Position numbers and translations under genes: made by a program
DNA from: the human T2T-CHM13v2.0 reference genome, Homo sapiens
Reading direction: 5' to 3' (one strand)
NCBI RefSeq assembly: GCF_009914755.1
Contig: NC_060938.1
DNA: 64,000 nt
Shown: positions 36,706 to 56,184 of the stretch, piece after piece
Layout of the letters: each line of letters starts with the position of its first letter
Numbering within the stretch: the stretch's first letter is position 1
The notes under the pieces: generated by a model
What the model was told of the DNA's origin: nothing
The model's database searches: none
Seen by the model: only the letters and a program-made list of their open reading frames with translations

Positions 36706-37709
36706 TGACTACTTTTGTATTTTTACTAGAGACAGGGTTTCTCCATGTTGGTCAGGCTGGTCTCGAAATCCCGACCTCAGGTGATCCACCCACCTCGGCC
36801 TCCCAAAGTGCTGGGATTACAGGCGTGAGCCACTGCGCCTAGCCTCCCTCTTGTCTTTTTATCACTTCTCTTTCTCCCAAGGTCTCATCCTTGCAGTTCC
36901 ATTTTTTACTCTATGCAGATGCTCCCAAATCTCTCTCTTGCTACCAACTCTCTTTCCATAGCTCCAGATGTACACTTCACTTGATACTCTCCTGGCAATC
37001 TTAACTCAAATGCTTAAAACAGAACCTGCTATCACCTTCTACAACATTCTCTTTTTCCTGTTTAATGTATTTTTCTATATTCTACTCTCTCAGACTCTAG
37101 GCCTTACTCATCTCTGATTCTTCACCCCCTCCCTTCTCCTTCACATCCAGACAGTCACCATGTGTTATAGTTTCTGCTGCTTGAGTGTGATGCCCTCATT
37201 CTACACCCCTTGCCACTTCCTTCATCCAGGCTATCATTTATGCCAAGACTAATACCACAGACTCCTAGAAGACTTCTCTCACACTCCAAGTCATCCCCAT
37301 ATCTGCTGGTGGAGGAAGCACTCAAAAAACCTGGCTGCGACCGAGTTTCTCTGGTATTCCAAAGCACCTCACACAAGGAGAACAGTCCCAACTCCCAAGG
37401 GTGGCATCCAAAGTGCTCCTACAATTTGGCTCCCACTTGCCTTTCCAAACTGATCCCACACTACTCCTGATTTTCTCATCATTTCCTGCTCAGAGTCCAT
37501 TTTTTGCTGTACCTTTCTTCACAATCACCACCTTTTCCCCATTTCCACAAGATTAAGGCAATCTAGGTCCATGCCAAATGCCATCATTTCCTTGAAGCCT
37601 TTCCTGATTTTTCTATTGAATACATTGTTTGTATCTCTTTTATAGCACATATAAAATTCTACTTTATGTATTGCACAAATGTCTATAACTTCATAGACTG
37701 TAAGCTACT

Positions 37710-37960
37710 TGAAAGTGGTAAAGTATAGTAGGCAATGGTTGGGCTTTAGAGTCAGGCTGGATTAAAATCCTGTCTTACTATATACGATCTATGGGCAAAT
37801 TACTAAACTTCTTTAAGCCTCAGTTTCCTGATCCGTAAAATGGGAATAATAGCATTTACACATTATTAGTATTATGAGGATTAAATGAGGTAAATAATGT
37901 ATGTTAAGTGCTACCTGGCATATCATGTATTAAATAGTAACTACTATTTTTACCATCATC
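37710..37960. mobile_element. MIR SINE
   Basis: gggcaaattactaaacttctttaagcctcagtttcctgatccgtaaaatgggaataatag...gaggattaaatgag. Confidence 0.75.
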
Positions 37961-38168
37961 ATTGTTGTTAAGGGGAAAATAGCTTTTTCATCTCTGTATC
38001 TTCTACACAGTCTCAATCACAGAAATCTTAATAACAGTTTATTGAATGACCAACTTTGGACCACAAAATTCCATTCTTTAAATATCCCTGAGATTTCCCT
38101 AAACTGAAACAGTCTCCTTTTCTCTCATTTTACCCAGTATCCTCCCCTCCGCCCCCTACCAAACTTAC

Positions 38169-38262
38169 CTGGTGCAAAATGGTATATCGCTCACGAAACA
38201 TCTCTGCTTTATCTCTTGGTGTTCCAAATAAATTTGGTGCAGGGTGGTTGGTCATTAACAGA
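38169..38262 (-). CDS. POLE2: POLE2 exon 5 ([31 protein letters not shown])
   Basis: tctag| and CAG|gtaagt, 94 nt. Confidence 0.97.
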
Positions 38263-38395
38263 CTAGAAAAAGAGAATGCCTATTTTTGACTATCATAATA
38301 CACAAAGGTGAGCCAAAAGTGAAGCAAGAGACTATACCTTCTGAAAAAAAAAGTACATTTGAAATTAATTTAAAATCAGTGGATGACATACTTAC

Positions 38396-38473
38396 GGAAG
38401 AAATTTTTTTCTTTCTGAATTGTACACAAAGCGTGGAATATCAAATGCTCCTATGATATTGAAAACGTGCTCT
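38396..38473 (-). CDS. POLE2: POLE2 exon 4 ([25 protein letters not shown]); symmetric 78-nt exon
   Basis: ttcag| and |gtaagt. Confidence 0.97.
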
Positions 38474-38528
38474 CTGAAAAACATCCCACAAAATACAGAC
38501 CTGATTTACTAAAACATAAGTACTCTAG

Positions 38529-39017
<489 letters not shown>

Positions 39018-39040
39018 TAATCAAGTTAATTTCCAGTTAA

Positions 39041-39349
<309 letters not shown>

Positions 39350-39755
39350 TAACTCCCAACCTCAGGTGATCCACCCACCTCAGCCTCCCAAAGTGCAGGG
39401 ATTACAGGCATGAGCCACTGCGCCCGGCCATGAGCTACAGTATTATTAAAGGATATGATTAAGTTCCAACAATTTTTTATTTTTTTTGTTTTTGTTTTGT
39501 TTTTTGAGACAGTCTCACTCTGATGCCCAGGCTGGGGTGTGATCTTGGCTCACTGCAACCTCTTCCTCCCGGCCTCAAGCGATTCTCCCGCCTCTCAAGT
39601 AGCTGGGATTACAGGCATGTGCCACCACACCCAGCTAATTTTTGTATTTTTAGTAGAGACAGGGTTTTGCCATATTGGCCAGGCTGGTCTCAAACTCCTG
39701 ACCTCAAGTGATCCGCCTGCCTCAGCCTCCCAAACTGCTGGGATTACAGGCATGA

Positions 39756-40034
<279 letters not shown>

Positions 40035-40659
40035 TGAGCTGCCTGCCTTGGCCTCCCAAAGTGCTGGGATTACAGGCCTGAGCCACCGCGCCCTGCCAAA
40101 TCTAAAATGTTATGCAGAAGTGTCCCAGGAAAAGTTACACAATGGAAAAAGAGCTCCCCCTCCAATTCTGGCCATATCTTTCAGACTTATACAATATATA
40201 TATAGTGTTAGAGATGGAAAACCAAAAAAAATTATTTAATTTCAGATACTTTTAATAATATAACCATGTTTAAAAGAAGTTAAAAATTTCCACAGCACTA
40301 CTGTATAAATATCCCAACCTAAAAATCTTTCCTAAAATTACATGTTTATCTCCCAAATTGAAAATGATCAAAAAAGATTCATGCTACCCTAGAGGTAACA
40401 AGTATAGAGTGGCTGAGAATCACTGAACTTGAGGAAAACCTAGACTCCAGACACTGCTCCACTATTTTCTGGTAGATCAGTCTGAGTAAGTTATTGAACT
40501 TCTCATGCCATCTCTTCATCTATGAGAACAAGAGCCTCTACTGTGGTATGATATAATGACTCTCTGACAATTGAAGGTACAAAAATCCTTTACCATTCAG
40601 TCCCCACTGGACCTCCATGTAGGCTGGCTATAACATATAAACAGCCTGACAGAAATAGC

Positions 40660-42583
<1,924 letters not shown>

Positions 42584-42601
42584 CAGGTAACTTTAGGGTA
42601 A

Positions 42602-43114
<513 letters not shown>

Positions 43115-43770
43115 TAAAATAAAGATAATGACTCCTTTCAATCATCTCCATTGCCCCAAATAGGAAAGAAGTGGCAATGTTAAAACTGTCTCTCAGCCCA
43201 TTTTCCCCAGTGTTTTCCTTCCAGTTAAATGCCATCAATTTGTATAGAAGTATCATATCAAGAGGAAAGAGGGATATTCAGAGAAATAAAACCCAGAAGA
43301 ATTACTGCCATATAAATTCTTAAACCTAAAAACATGACATAGTGGAGTCACAAAACTGAGGTCCTACCCTCATTTGCCATTCACCATGTGACCAAGTAAA
43401 GTTGCTGAACTTCTCTGGACATGGTACTTTCCTAAGAGCAAAGTAAATTATACTTCTGAATATTCATTTCAATTCAACTCATTTGTAGCATACAGAATAA
43501 AAAGTCAGATCAACCGGTTGGGTAGGCAGCAAAAGTTAGTAATGAATGGTACAAGCAACACTGTAACCTCAAATCCCAGGAAAAACCAGTAAAGATGAGT
43601 CATTTAATAATGAGGTTTGCAAAGAAAGCCATTATTTAAAAAGACACACAGAAATAACAACAGTAATCACTGTAGAAACGTTGATCACTAATAATTTTCC
43701 AAGACAATAATTAAAAATAAGTGCTCAATAACACCTCCAAGGAGGAAAAAAGTTAACTGTACCCACATAC

Positions 43771-43846
43771 ATAGTTTCATCAACAGACTGACTGCATTCC
43801 TGGACTGCTGCTTCCACCACAGATCGTTCAATCATGTTTGATGACA
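43771..43846 (-). CDS. POLE2: POLE2 exon 3 (SSNMIERSVVEAAVQECSQSVDET)
   Basis: ttcag| and |gtatgt, 76 nt; peptide visible inside ORF 43725..43958. Confidence 0.97.
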
Positions 43847-45757
43847 CTGAAAAGAGAATTTCAAAGTCAAAATTTAAAAACAAAAAAAAAAATAGTTCTT
43901 TCCACAGACAGCTCTTTTCCCAAAAATAATTTGCAAATATTAATACTGAGATTCTCATTATACAGTTTTTGGAGAAAAAAAGTGTTAGGTCAGAACAATA
44001 ACAAAAGCCTTATCTCAAATACCTTCATTTTCCACACTCAAAGTTACAATACCTTAATATACAGTCAAATGCCTTAATTTTCTAAACCCTGTTTAGTTAT
44101 AAGAACATTTCTGAGCTAGGGTCGGTGGCTCACACCTATAATCCTAACACTTTGGGAGGCCAAGGCAGGAGGATGGCTCGAGCCCAGGAGTTTGAGACCA
44201 GCCCAGACAACGTGGTGAAACCCCTTCTCTACAAAAAATATAAAACTTAGCTGGGGGTGGTGGCACATGCCTGTAGTCCCAGATACTCAGGAGGCCAAGA
44301 TGGGAGGATCACCTGAGCCCAGGGAGGTGGAGGCTGCAGTGAGCTGTGATCATGCCACTGGCACTCCAGCCTGGGCCACACAGAGTGAGATACTATCTCA
44401 AAAAAAAAAAAAATTCTCTAAGCTCCCAGTTTTAATAAGGTTACATTAGTATAACTTTATCATCATAACTGCTCAGTTTCAATGAGCATGATAGTAACAA
44501 TAGCAGCTACCACTTATTAAGCATTGAGTAAATGTGTGGCACCATCCTCAGTACTTTATTTACAAGTATTATTCCACTGGGTAGATGTCCTGTAAGACTG
44601 ATGTTAAGATGCCCATATCTTATAGATAGGGAAAATACAACTTTAAGAGGTTGAAAATTTTGCCCAAAAACTAGAAGAGATAGAGAGCAACAAAAACCCA
44701 GGACTGATTCCAGTGGGGGCTCTTTTAATCACTTTGATATGTTGTCAAGCAAAATACCATGTGCCATCTTAAATCAATGTACACAGGGACAAGTATCATT
44801 TTCTTTTTTTTTTTTTTGAGACGGAGTCTCGCTCTGTCAGCTAATTTTTTGTATTTTTAGTAGAGACGGGGTTTCACTGTGTTAGCCAGGATGGTCTCGA
44901 TCTCCTGACCTCGTGATCCGCCCGCCTCAGCCTCCCAAAATGCTGCGATTACAGGCGTGAGACAAGTATCAGTTTCTAAATGTTCAACTGTAAAGGAATT
45001 TTTTAAGCAAAGGTATATGTAAAATTCTGCCTTTAGGAATGAAAATGAGATATAATAACCATTTATCCTGTATCACGGAGTATGTTTCTTCCTATATAAT
45101 TGAAGTGACTAGCATCTATATAACATTAAGAGTGAACTCGGCACTTCTCAGCCTTTTATGCTAAGATAAAGTGGACAGTGAGCCATACCCACTTCTATCC
45201 TCAGGGTGCTATAAATATCAGACTTTTTTTCCAAGGGGAAGAGCATTTCTTCTTTCCAGTCCCATGCTTGTGGTATTAAGTATTTAACAAAAAGGTCCCT
45301 GAATCCCTATGGCAGTGTGGCAGTGGCAAGAGGAAACATGCTGATACAGTTTTACTGACAGGTTGAATAGAGAGGTGTCTCAGAAAACTCCCCGAAGTAT
45401 ATGGCTGAAATGGACTGCAAATCATAAAAAACTGGAACAGAGGTTTAGTTCATGTATTGGTGGCCCCATTCTAGCTTCTTTGGGCATGTTTCAACAGATG
45501 TGACTTTCCAAAAAAGAACATGAAGAAAGAGAGGAGGGGCCAGGTGTGGTGGCTCACGCCCGTAATCCCAGCACTTTGGGAGGCCAAGGTGGGTGGATTA
45601 CCTGAGGTCAGGAGTTCAACACCAGCCTGACCAATATGGTGAAACCCTGTCTCTACCAAAAATATAAAAATTAGCCTGGTGTGGTGGCACGCACCTGTAG
45701 TCCCAGCTACTCAGGAGGCTGGGACAGAAGAATCGCTTGAACCCGGGAGGCAGAGGC

Positions 45758-45829
45758 TGCAGTGAACCAAGATGGCGCCATTGCAGTGAACCGAGATGGC
45801 GCCATTGCAGTGAACCGAGATGGCGCCAT
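45758..45829 (+). repeat. 3 x 24-bp tandem repeat inside an Alu right arm
   Basis: tgcagtgaacc(a/g)agatggcgccat three times, followed by tgca. Confidence 0.95.
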
Positions 45830-46008
45830 TGCACTCCAGCCTAGGCAACAGAGTGAGACTCTGTCCCGCTCTCACCAAAAAAAAAAAAAAAAAAGGGAGA
45901 GGAGGGAAGCAGTGTGTAGAAAGCAAATGCCTTGAAGGAGTTCCCAAACCTCTACCTTCCTGGGTCACCTTATGTTTCATAACTTTGGTATACTCAAGAA
46001 AAAAATGA

Positions 46009-46332
<324 letters not shown>

Positions 46333-46420
46333 TAGCCACCATGCCTGGCCCCACTTATTCTTATCACAAGCGTTATATAATTTTGTATCAATGTCTATTT
46401 TCACCAGGTACAATGGCTCA

Positions 46421-46714
<294 letters not shown>

Positions 46715-47155
46715 CTATTTTCTACAGTTTGCTTTCAGTAAAATGCCTTCCAACTCTGTTTAGTGTATTCATTATCAGTGCATTAGTAGAATTGCTTTTT
46801 ATTGAAAAGTTACTGTCTCTGCCCTTTAACTTAGACTTACAAAATTAAGTTAAAATGACTAGCCATTCTATTAAAAAAAAAAAATCCCTGAAGAAATCAA
46901 GAAGAGATGTCAGCTCTGTTTACTTTACTCTTCTTTTTTTCCTCCCAAACATTTAGGAGTTAATGACTTAAATAAGACATGGTAATAGCCACTAGGAGAG
47001 ACAAAGTGACCATAAAGGACCAGATCAAAATCAGAAGCCAAGTGCAGGAAACATGGTGGTGACACCTCCACTGGGGGAAAGGAACTATAAAAGGGCCCTT
47101 GGGGATCATCCTGAGGTTCCAACTAAACTAAGGGTTTGGATGTCATCAACAGTTA

Positions 47156-47477
<322 letters not shown>

Positions 47478-47638
47478 CTAAAGGTATTACCCCTTGGGAA
47501 GAAATGCTACCATGCATACATCTTATAACACTGGGACATCTTAATAGTGAAGCCTCAACTTCAATTTAAATCTATACATCTAACTGAAGATGCAGAACTA
47601 TATTAACAATTTAGGAGTTATCAGAAAATATTACTTAC

Positions 47639-47739
47639 AGGGTTGCTTCTCAACTGCATTAATTATCTTTTCCAGTTTATCTTCAAGCTCTAATTCACTG
47701 ATAGACTGAAGAGCTTCTGTGAGGTACTTAATAGCTTCA
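47639..47739 (-). CDS. POLE2: POLE2 exon 2 ([33 protein letters not shown])
   Basis: ttag| acceptor, |gtaagt donor, 101 nt, in phase. Confidence 0.97.
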
Positions 47740-48347
47740 CTAAGAAAAGGAAAGGAAAAATGAGGCAGGTCATTAGTAATTAAAGGCTAAAAGTTTTCTG
47801 CCAAAAAGCAGCAAATACTCATCAATCTGGCACTGAAAGGAAGAACCACTAACTGCTCTCTTCAAGTAGCACTTTATCTTTCCTGTGCTTTCTGAACAAA
47901 ATCATCCTCCTATGCCTTGCTAACATAAAGCCTCAAATCACATCCTTCCTCTAAGAAGGCTTCCTAGACCAGCTCTACCTGCTGCAATCTCCCCTTTCTT
48001 CTGAAATTGTTAAAAATCACATTTACATATACCTTAGATCTGATATATTACATTAGCCTTTTATTACTTACTACCCTACATTTAAGGCAAGAGTCCATCT
48101 GTTTCAATGTCAAGCACCATATCCTGAACATAAGACACTCATATATTTAATTTGATAATGCACTTGTTCAAAGTAAATTCCAATAATCACTGTTTTCAAT
48201 TGTAAAATAAGAAAAAAAATAGGCTTGGCTGTGCGCGGTGGCTCACGCCTGTAATCCCAGCATTTTGGGAGGCCGAGGCGGGCGGATCATGAGGTCAGGA
48301 GATCAAGACCATTCTGGCTAACACACGATGAAACCCCGTCTCTACTA

Positions 48348-48732
<385 letters not shown>

Positions 48733-48857
48733 TCATGGCTGGGCACGCGGTGGCTCACGCCTGTAATCCCAGCACTTTGGGAGGCCAAGACGGGCAGATC
48801 ACGAGGTCAGGAGATCGAAACCATCCTGGCTACCACGGTGAAACACCATCTCTACTA

Positions 48858-49019
<162 letters not shown>

Positions 49020-49600
49020 TCAAAAAAAATAAATAAATAAAATAAAATCACATTAATTCCTTACCTAAATCCCAACAATGATCAGAATGAACATGATTAA
49101 CTAGTTACATGCCACTACATGCCATTCTGTATTTGTAGCACACTTTATACCTCACATCAATATTATTGCTGATTACAATATTAAACAATTAGCTAATTAC
49201 ATGCCATTCTGTATTTGTAGCACACAATTTAACATTTCACATATTATTGTTATAGCCATAACACTAATTGTTCTATATATTGGGTTGCTTTATTAGTTGT
49301 TTTGTGTGTAGGTGTTGCATCTCTCAAATTTATTATAGATAACTGAGAACTGAATTATAGATAACTTTAAAACTGTAACTTAGAACTCTGTGCCATCCTT
49401 CCACAGAGTTCTAAATACACTTGAAGGTGGTCCATAAATATTTGACCACTGAGTCCCTAAAATCATATACATTTTGGTTGCATCTTGGGACAGTTCTTAG
49501 CATAGACCAAAGCCTGTAAAGCCATACAGAATCTTGCCCCTGCCAAATCCCATTAAGCTCATACCATGTCCCTGGCCTTCCTGGCACTCTCCTGCTTTAG

Positions 49601-49789
<189 letters not shown>

Positions 49790-50137
49790 TGAGTAGCTGG
49801 GGTTACAGGTGCACATCACCACGTCTGGCTGGTTGGTTTTTTTTTTTGTATTTTTAGTAGAGACAGGGTTTCATCATGTTGGTCAGGCCGGTCTCGAATT
49901 CCTGACCTCGTGATCCGCCCACCTCAGCCTCCCAAAGTGCTGGGATTACAGGCGTGAGCCACTGCGCCCAGCCAAGTCCTGCTCATTCTTTAAGTCAGCC
50001 CAAACCACTTCTGCAGTGAAGTTCTTCCTTGACTCTAGGGCAGTTTATACACCTTATCATAAACTCTCATAGCCCTTCTTTCCTGGAATCCCTTTCACAA
50101 TTGAGATTAAATAGCTGTAAAATAGTCATTTAATATC

Positions 50138-50685
50138 CATGGTAGACAGACTTCTAAGATGGCCCCTAATAATCCATTACTCCTGGTAGTTACACCTATG
50201 TAATCCCCTGCCCTTAAGTGTGGGCTGGACCTAGTAACTTGTTTCTAAAAATAGAATATAGCAAAAGGGATAGAATAACTTACTGTATTATAATTTTGAA
50301 AGTAAAATTTAAAAGTAAAAAAAATTTAAAAATAACAAGATGTCACCTCCTTGATTAGGTTGCCTCAGAGTTACTAGAAGACTCTCTCTCTTGATGAAGC
50401 CATGTTGGGGGCACACATGGCAAGGGACTGAGGATAGCCTCCAGCCAACAGCCTGCCAGGCAATCAGGAACTGAATCCTGCCAACAACTGAATGAGCTTG
50501 AAGCGAATGCTGTCTGGGCAACATTTGAGATGATCCATCTTGACTGCAACCTTGTGAAAAGACCCTGAAGTTGAGGACCCAACTAAGCCACACCTGAATT
50601 CCTAACCCACAGAAAATTTGAGATAATGTGTACTGTTTTAGCCTTTAAATTGTGGGGTAATTTGTCACGCAGCAATAGAATACAT
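50138..50685 (+). mobile_element. MLT1-type (ERVL-MaLR) solo LTR
   Basis: tggtagacagacttctaagatggcccc...aagtgtgggctggacctagt...ggtaatttgtcacgcagcaataga. Confidence 0.75.
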
Positions 50686-51324
50686 TATCTGCCCCCTACA
50701 AAGCTCTTGCTCTCTATTGCACCCCCTTACCCCAGCACGGTGCTTTGCAGCTAACAGATTTAAGTATACTTATGACTGAAATAATTAATGAACAAAAGCT
50801 TAATATTAGGTCAAATTCTAAGCGAAAAGAAAGTTAATTCATCAGTTCCTCATGCTTTCAAAATGTCAAGGACCAATTGAACAAAATTCATTATTTTCTC
50901 CCAAGGCATCTCCCAAAGCACAGTTAAAAGTCCCATAAAACTCACAAAACCAACCAAAAATCTACACACACAAAAGCAATAAAAACTGATACAGAGAGGT
51001 ATATCCAATCCAGCAGGTATTTCAATATGTATAAAATATTGTGTTCTAGGTCAGGCGCAGTGGTTCACGCCTGTAATTCCAGCATTCTGGGAGGCCACGG
51101 CGCGAGGACTACTTGAGCCCAGGAGTTCAAGACCAGCCTGGGCAACATAGCCAGACCCCGTCTCTAAAAAACATACAACAACAAAAAATCAGCCAGGTAT
51201 GGTGGCCCATGCCTGCAGTCCCAGCTACTTCAGCCCAGGAGGTTGAGGCTGCAGTAAGTCAAGTTCGCATCACTGCCCTCCAGCTTGGGCGAGAGTGAGA
51301 CCATGACTCAAAAAAAAAAAAAAT

Positions 51325-51341
51325 ACATATATATATATACA

Positions 51342-51385
<44 letters not shown>

Positions 51386-51392
51386 ACATATA
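51325..51392. repeat. Compound (TA)n(CA)n microsatellite at an Alu tail, POLE2 intron 1
   Basis: Direct read. Confidence 0.95.
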
Positions 51393-52029
51393 GAACTCTA
51401 AAACACGGAGCAGATTTAATGAGAGAAATCTTGGGAAGGTTCATATGTTCTATAGGTCCTCAAAAACACGGATATGCCCAGGAAACCTGACTTTCACATA
51501 AATTGGCAACTGCAGACGTGCAAGTGGGCTTTCTCGGGTCTCTCATCTTATGTCTCAGCAACCTTCCCGGGAGCCTGAGAGCTGTCCAGGTCACAATGTT
51601 GATAACCGGCTGCCATAGATAGGTTGCAGCTTCTCGGGCTCAGTTTGACATGTGCAGAAGAGCCTCGGCCCGCCTAGAAGAAACATTAAACTCCTCGCAT
51701 GGGTCGGGGAAACCAAAGAAGGCACGGCAGCCTCAAGATCCACCTCGCTTCTTAGAACTTTTTTTTAATGGAGTCTCTCTCTGTCGCCAGGATGGAGTAG
51801 AGTGGCACGATATCGGCTCACCGCAACCTCCTCCTCCCGGGTTCAAGCGATTCTCCTGCCTCAGCCTCCCAACTAACTGGGACTACAAGCGCGCGCCACC
51901 ACGCCCAGCTAATTTTTGTATTTTTAGTAGAGACGGGGCTTCACCATGTTGGCCAGGATGGTCTCGATCTCCTGACCTCGTGATCCGCCCGCCTCGACCT
52001 CCCAAAGTGCTGGGATTACAAGCGTGAGC

Positions 52030-52560
52030 CACCGCGCCCGACCGCTTCTTAGAACTCTGAAATTTAAGGTCAAGCCCCCTCTCGGCGCGCGGGGAGCCGC
52101 CGCGGTGCGTCCCGCTGCCGCACCAGGCAGACGGGCCCCAGCTCTTCCCTCTCGCCCTTCAAGCTGCCCGAGCCCACTCACCCACGGAGCAGCAAGCCCC
52201 GCAACTTGAAGGCGGAGAGCGCCCGGCTCCGCAGCCGCTCCGGCGCCATATTTGCGATTTGGCGCCACCGCCGCAGCTCCGCCCCTTCCCGGGCGCGCCC
52301 CTCCCAGCTCCGGCCTCGGCCCTGGCCCGCGTGGCGCTAAACCCTGTTAAGATCCCTGCTTGGTCTCCGCTGCCTGCGCCGCAGCAACTCAGACCTTACA
52401 GTTCGCAACCCCGGACCGAGTAGGCTGAAAGTGGAGACCACCTCGCGCTCCTTTGCTGCCGGGAAACTGAGGGCCAGAGCGTCTTCCCTGGTGTCGGGCT
52501 GCGTTGAGCCAGCCACAGCGCTCTCACCGCTGCCCTAGACATTGCAGGACTGCGGCCGAG
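52030..52560. promoter_or_regulatory. POLE2: CpG island / POLE2 promoter with E2F-type motifs and GC boxes
   Basis: High GC and CpG density. TTTGGCGC at 52258-52265 just upstream of the ATG; TTTAGCGC (minus) near 52334-52341; TTTCCCGGC (minus) near 52458-52466; CCGCCCC near 52279-52285. Fits an E2F-regulated replication gene. Confidence 0.85.
52182..52249 (-). CDS. POLE2: POLE2 exon 1 CDS (MAPERLRSRALSAFKLRGLLLR-G)
   Basis: ATG in strong context (AATATGG) inside a CpG island; donor GG|gtgagt. Confidence 0.97.
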
Positions 52561-52699
52561 CTTCCCGGACACAGGATCCCCCTTCTTTCGAGGCCATGAG
52601 AGCTGTTGGGTTCCCTACTTCGCACAAGCTCTGGAAATACTGTGCCTCGACATTTACCGGAAGCTGTTATAAATCTCCATCGCTCCCACCTACCCCGAT

Positions 52700-52950
52700 T
52701 TTTATTTAACTTGAGGGCTTCGTATGCGCCATGCACTGTCATAAGCACTTTAAATGTGTGAATTCATGTGTTGCTCATGACAGCCCAGTGAGCTGTCTAC
52801 TGTCTTTTCCACAACAGCCTCATTTTACAGATGAGAAAACTGAGACACAAAAATGGTAAAGGACTTGCTCAAGATGAAACGACGAGTTAAATGGTGTAGT
52901 CAGGATTTGAACTCAGTTATTCTGATTTCAGGTGGACTGTCAATCTGCCA
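52700..52950. mobile_element. MIR SINE upstream of the POLE2 promoter
   Basis: cattttacagatgagaaaactgagacaca...acttgctcaag...caggatttgaactcag. Confidence 0.75.
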
Positions 52951-53529
52951 CACTTCAAAACGCTTGCTCCAATGAGTTGACTAACCCGTGGAGTGCTTAT
53001 AAGTAAACACGCGGCTTATAAAACAGGAGGATGATTTCACAGTACCAATATAAAGTGACCTCCAACGTATACGGGTTTTTTTCTTTTTTAAAAAAAAGCG
53101 AAGTTTAATGAAGGAAGGGAAACAAAAGTATATGTATTTGTTTTTGCATTTTAAAAACCTCTGGGCCCGGGCGCGGTGGCTCACATCTGTAATCCCAGAA
53201 CTTTGGGAGGCCGATGCTGGCAGATCACTTGAGGCCAAGAGTTCGAGAACAGCCGGGCCAACATGGTGAAACCCCGTCTCTACCAAAAAAAAAAAAAAAA
53301 AAAAAAATTAGCCAGGCGTGGTGGCGCGCGCCTGTAATCCCAGCTCCTGGGGAGGTTGAGGCAGGAGAATCTCTTGAGCCTCGGAGGCGGAGGGTGCAGT
53401 GAGCCGAGATCGTGCCACCACTCCAGCCTGGGCAACAAAGCAAGGCTCTGTCTCAAAAACAAAAAAAGCCGGGCGCAGTGGTTCACGCCTGTAATCCCAG
53501 CACTTTGGGAGGCCGAGGTGGGCGGATCA

Positions 53530-53795
<266 letters not shown>

Positions 53796-54112
53796 TCAGA
53801 GACCACAAAAATGGTTAACTACAAAGGGGTGAGGGGATAGGGATGAAAGTGAAAACTTTCTTTACAGTGAGACTTTTAATCCATGTGCATGTTTTACATA
53901 TTCAAAAAATAGAAAATAAAAAGGTGAGCTTAAAATTGAATGCATACTAAAACTAATACACCTAATTGTATATTAAATTGGTAACATAACATCACAAGTG
54001 ATTTTTGAACACAGTTCTCTTTATTTAGTGAAATATTTTTCAAAGACAAAAAGTACAAAGAAATTTTTAATTTTTATGTAAGAAAGGATAGGAAATACGA
54101 ATAGAAAGACAT

Positions 54113-54720
<608 letters not shown>

Positions 54721-55780
54721 CCCACTCTCAAATAATTCAACAAAATGAAAAAGACAGACACACACATACCAACAAACATAAAGCTAGTATGGTAGTATTA
54801 ATAATTATTAACCTGGAGTGGAAGATACACAGGTACTCTTTGAACTATTTTTTCAACTTTTTTTGGTTTGCTACTTTTTATATTAAGAAATTGGAGAGAA
54901 AATAATCAATTCCAGTTGCCCAGCTTTCTCTCACAATCTGACCTCACAATTCCCCTTTTCCCATAAATGTTCCCAATCATAATTCTCTTTCTCTAATAAA
55001 TTTTCAACTTCTTCTATGGCTCCTTCACCTGGCCAGCTCATAAAGTCCCAATACTTAAATGAACAATTATATGCTGATGACTCCAAAATCCCTATCTCTA
55101 GCCCTTAGCTCTCTTAGACTTCAAATCCAACTCAATATGCCTCCAAATGAACTCACCATTAGCCCTGCCCTCCCCCAAACCTGTTCCTCCTCCCATGTTC
55201 AATAACCTAGCGAAGGGCTCCACCCACCTCCCACCCAGTGACCAAGCTGGTAAACTAGGCATATCCTTGACTCTTCCCTCTCACGAATGAAAGTTCCTTG
55301 AACAACTTCCGTTCATCATTCAGTTCTTAACTTAGACTTTACTTTCTCTCAGGAACCTTCCCTGTCTTCCCTCAATCTGAGTTAAAGGGCCTCTGTACAC
55401 CCAAGGTGCCCTGGACTTTTGCTATTTTCACACTTACTGCACGGTATGGTAATTGTCTGTTTGCTGGTCTATAGACTCCACCAGACTCTACAGTCCAGGA
55501 GGACAAGTGCTCCATTTCAAAAATACAATACCAATATTACTAGTAACAATAAAGTGATGGAGTGAGAATTATGATTGACATATAGTTTACACTAAGTAAA
55601 ATGCACATATCTGTATGCAGTTCAATGCATTTTGATAAATGTATACACCCATGTAACCACCACCTCAATCAAGATACAGAACATTTTAATCACTCCAGAA
55701 CACTTCCTGTACTCCTTTCCATCAGTCCCCTCCCCCTCCCTACTCCCAAATGACCACTTTTCTGCTTTCTATTATCATAG

Positions 55781-56152
<372 letters not shown>

Positions 56153-56184
56153 TAGATGAGAGGCGTGAGCCACTGCAATCCAGT

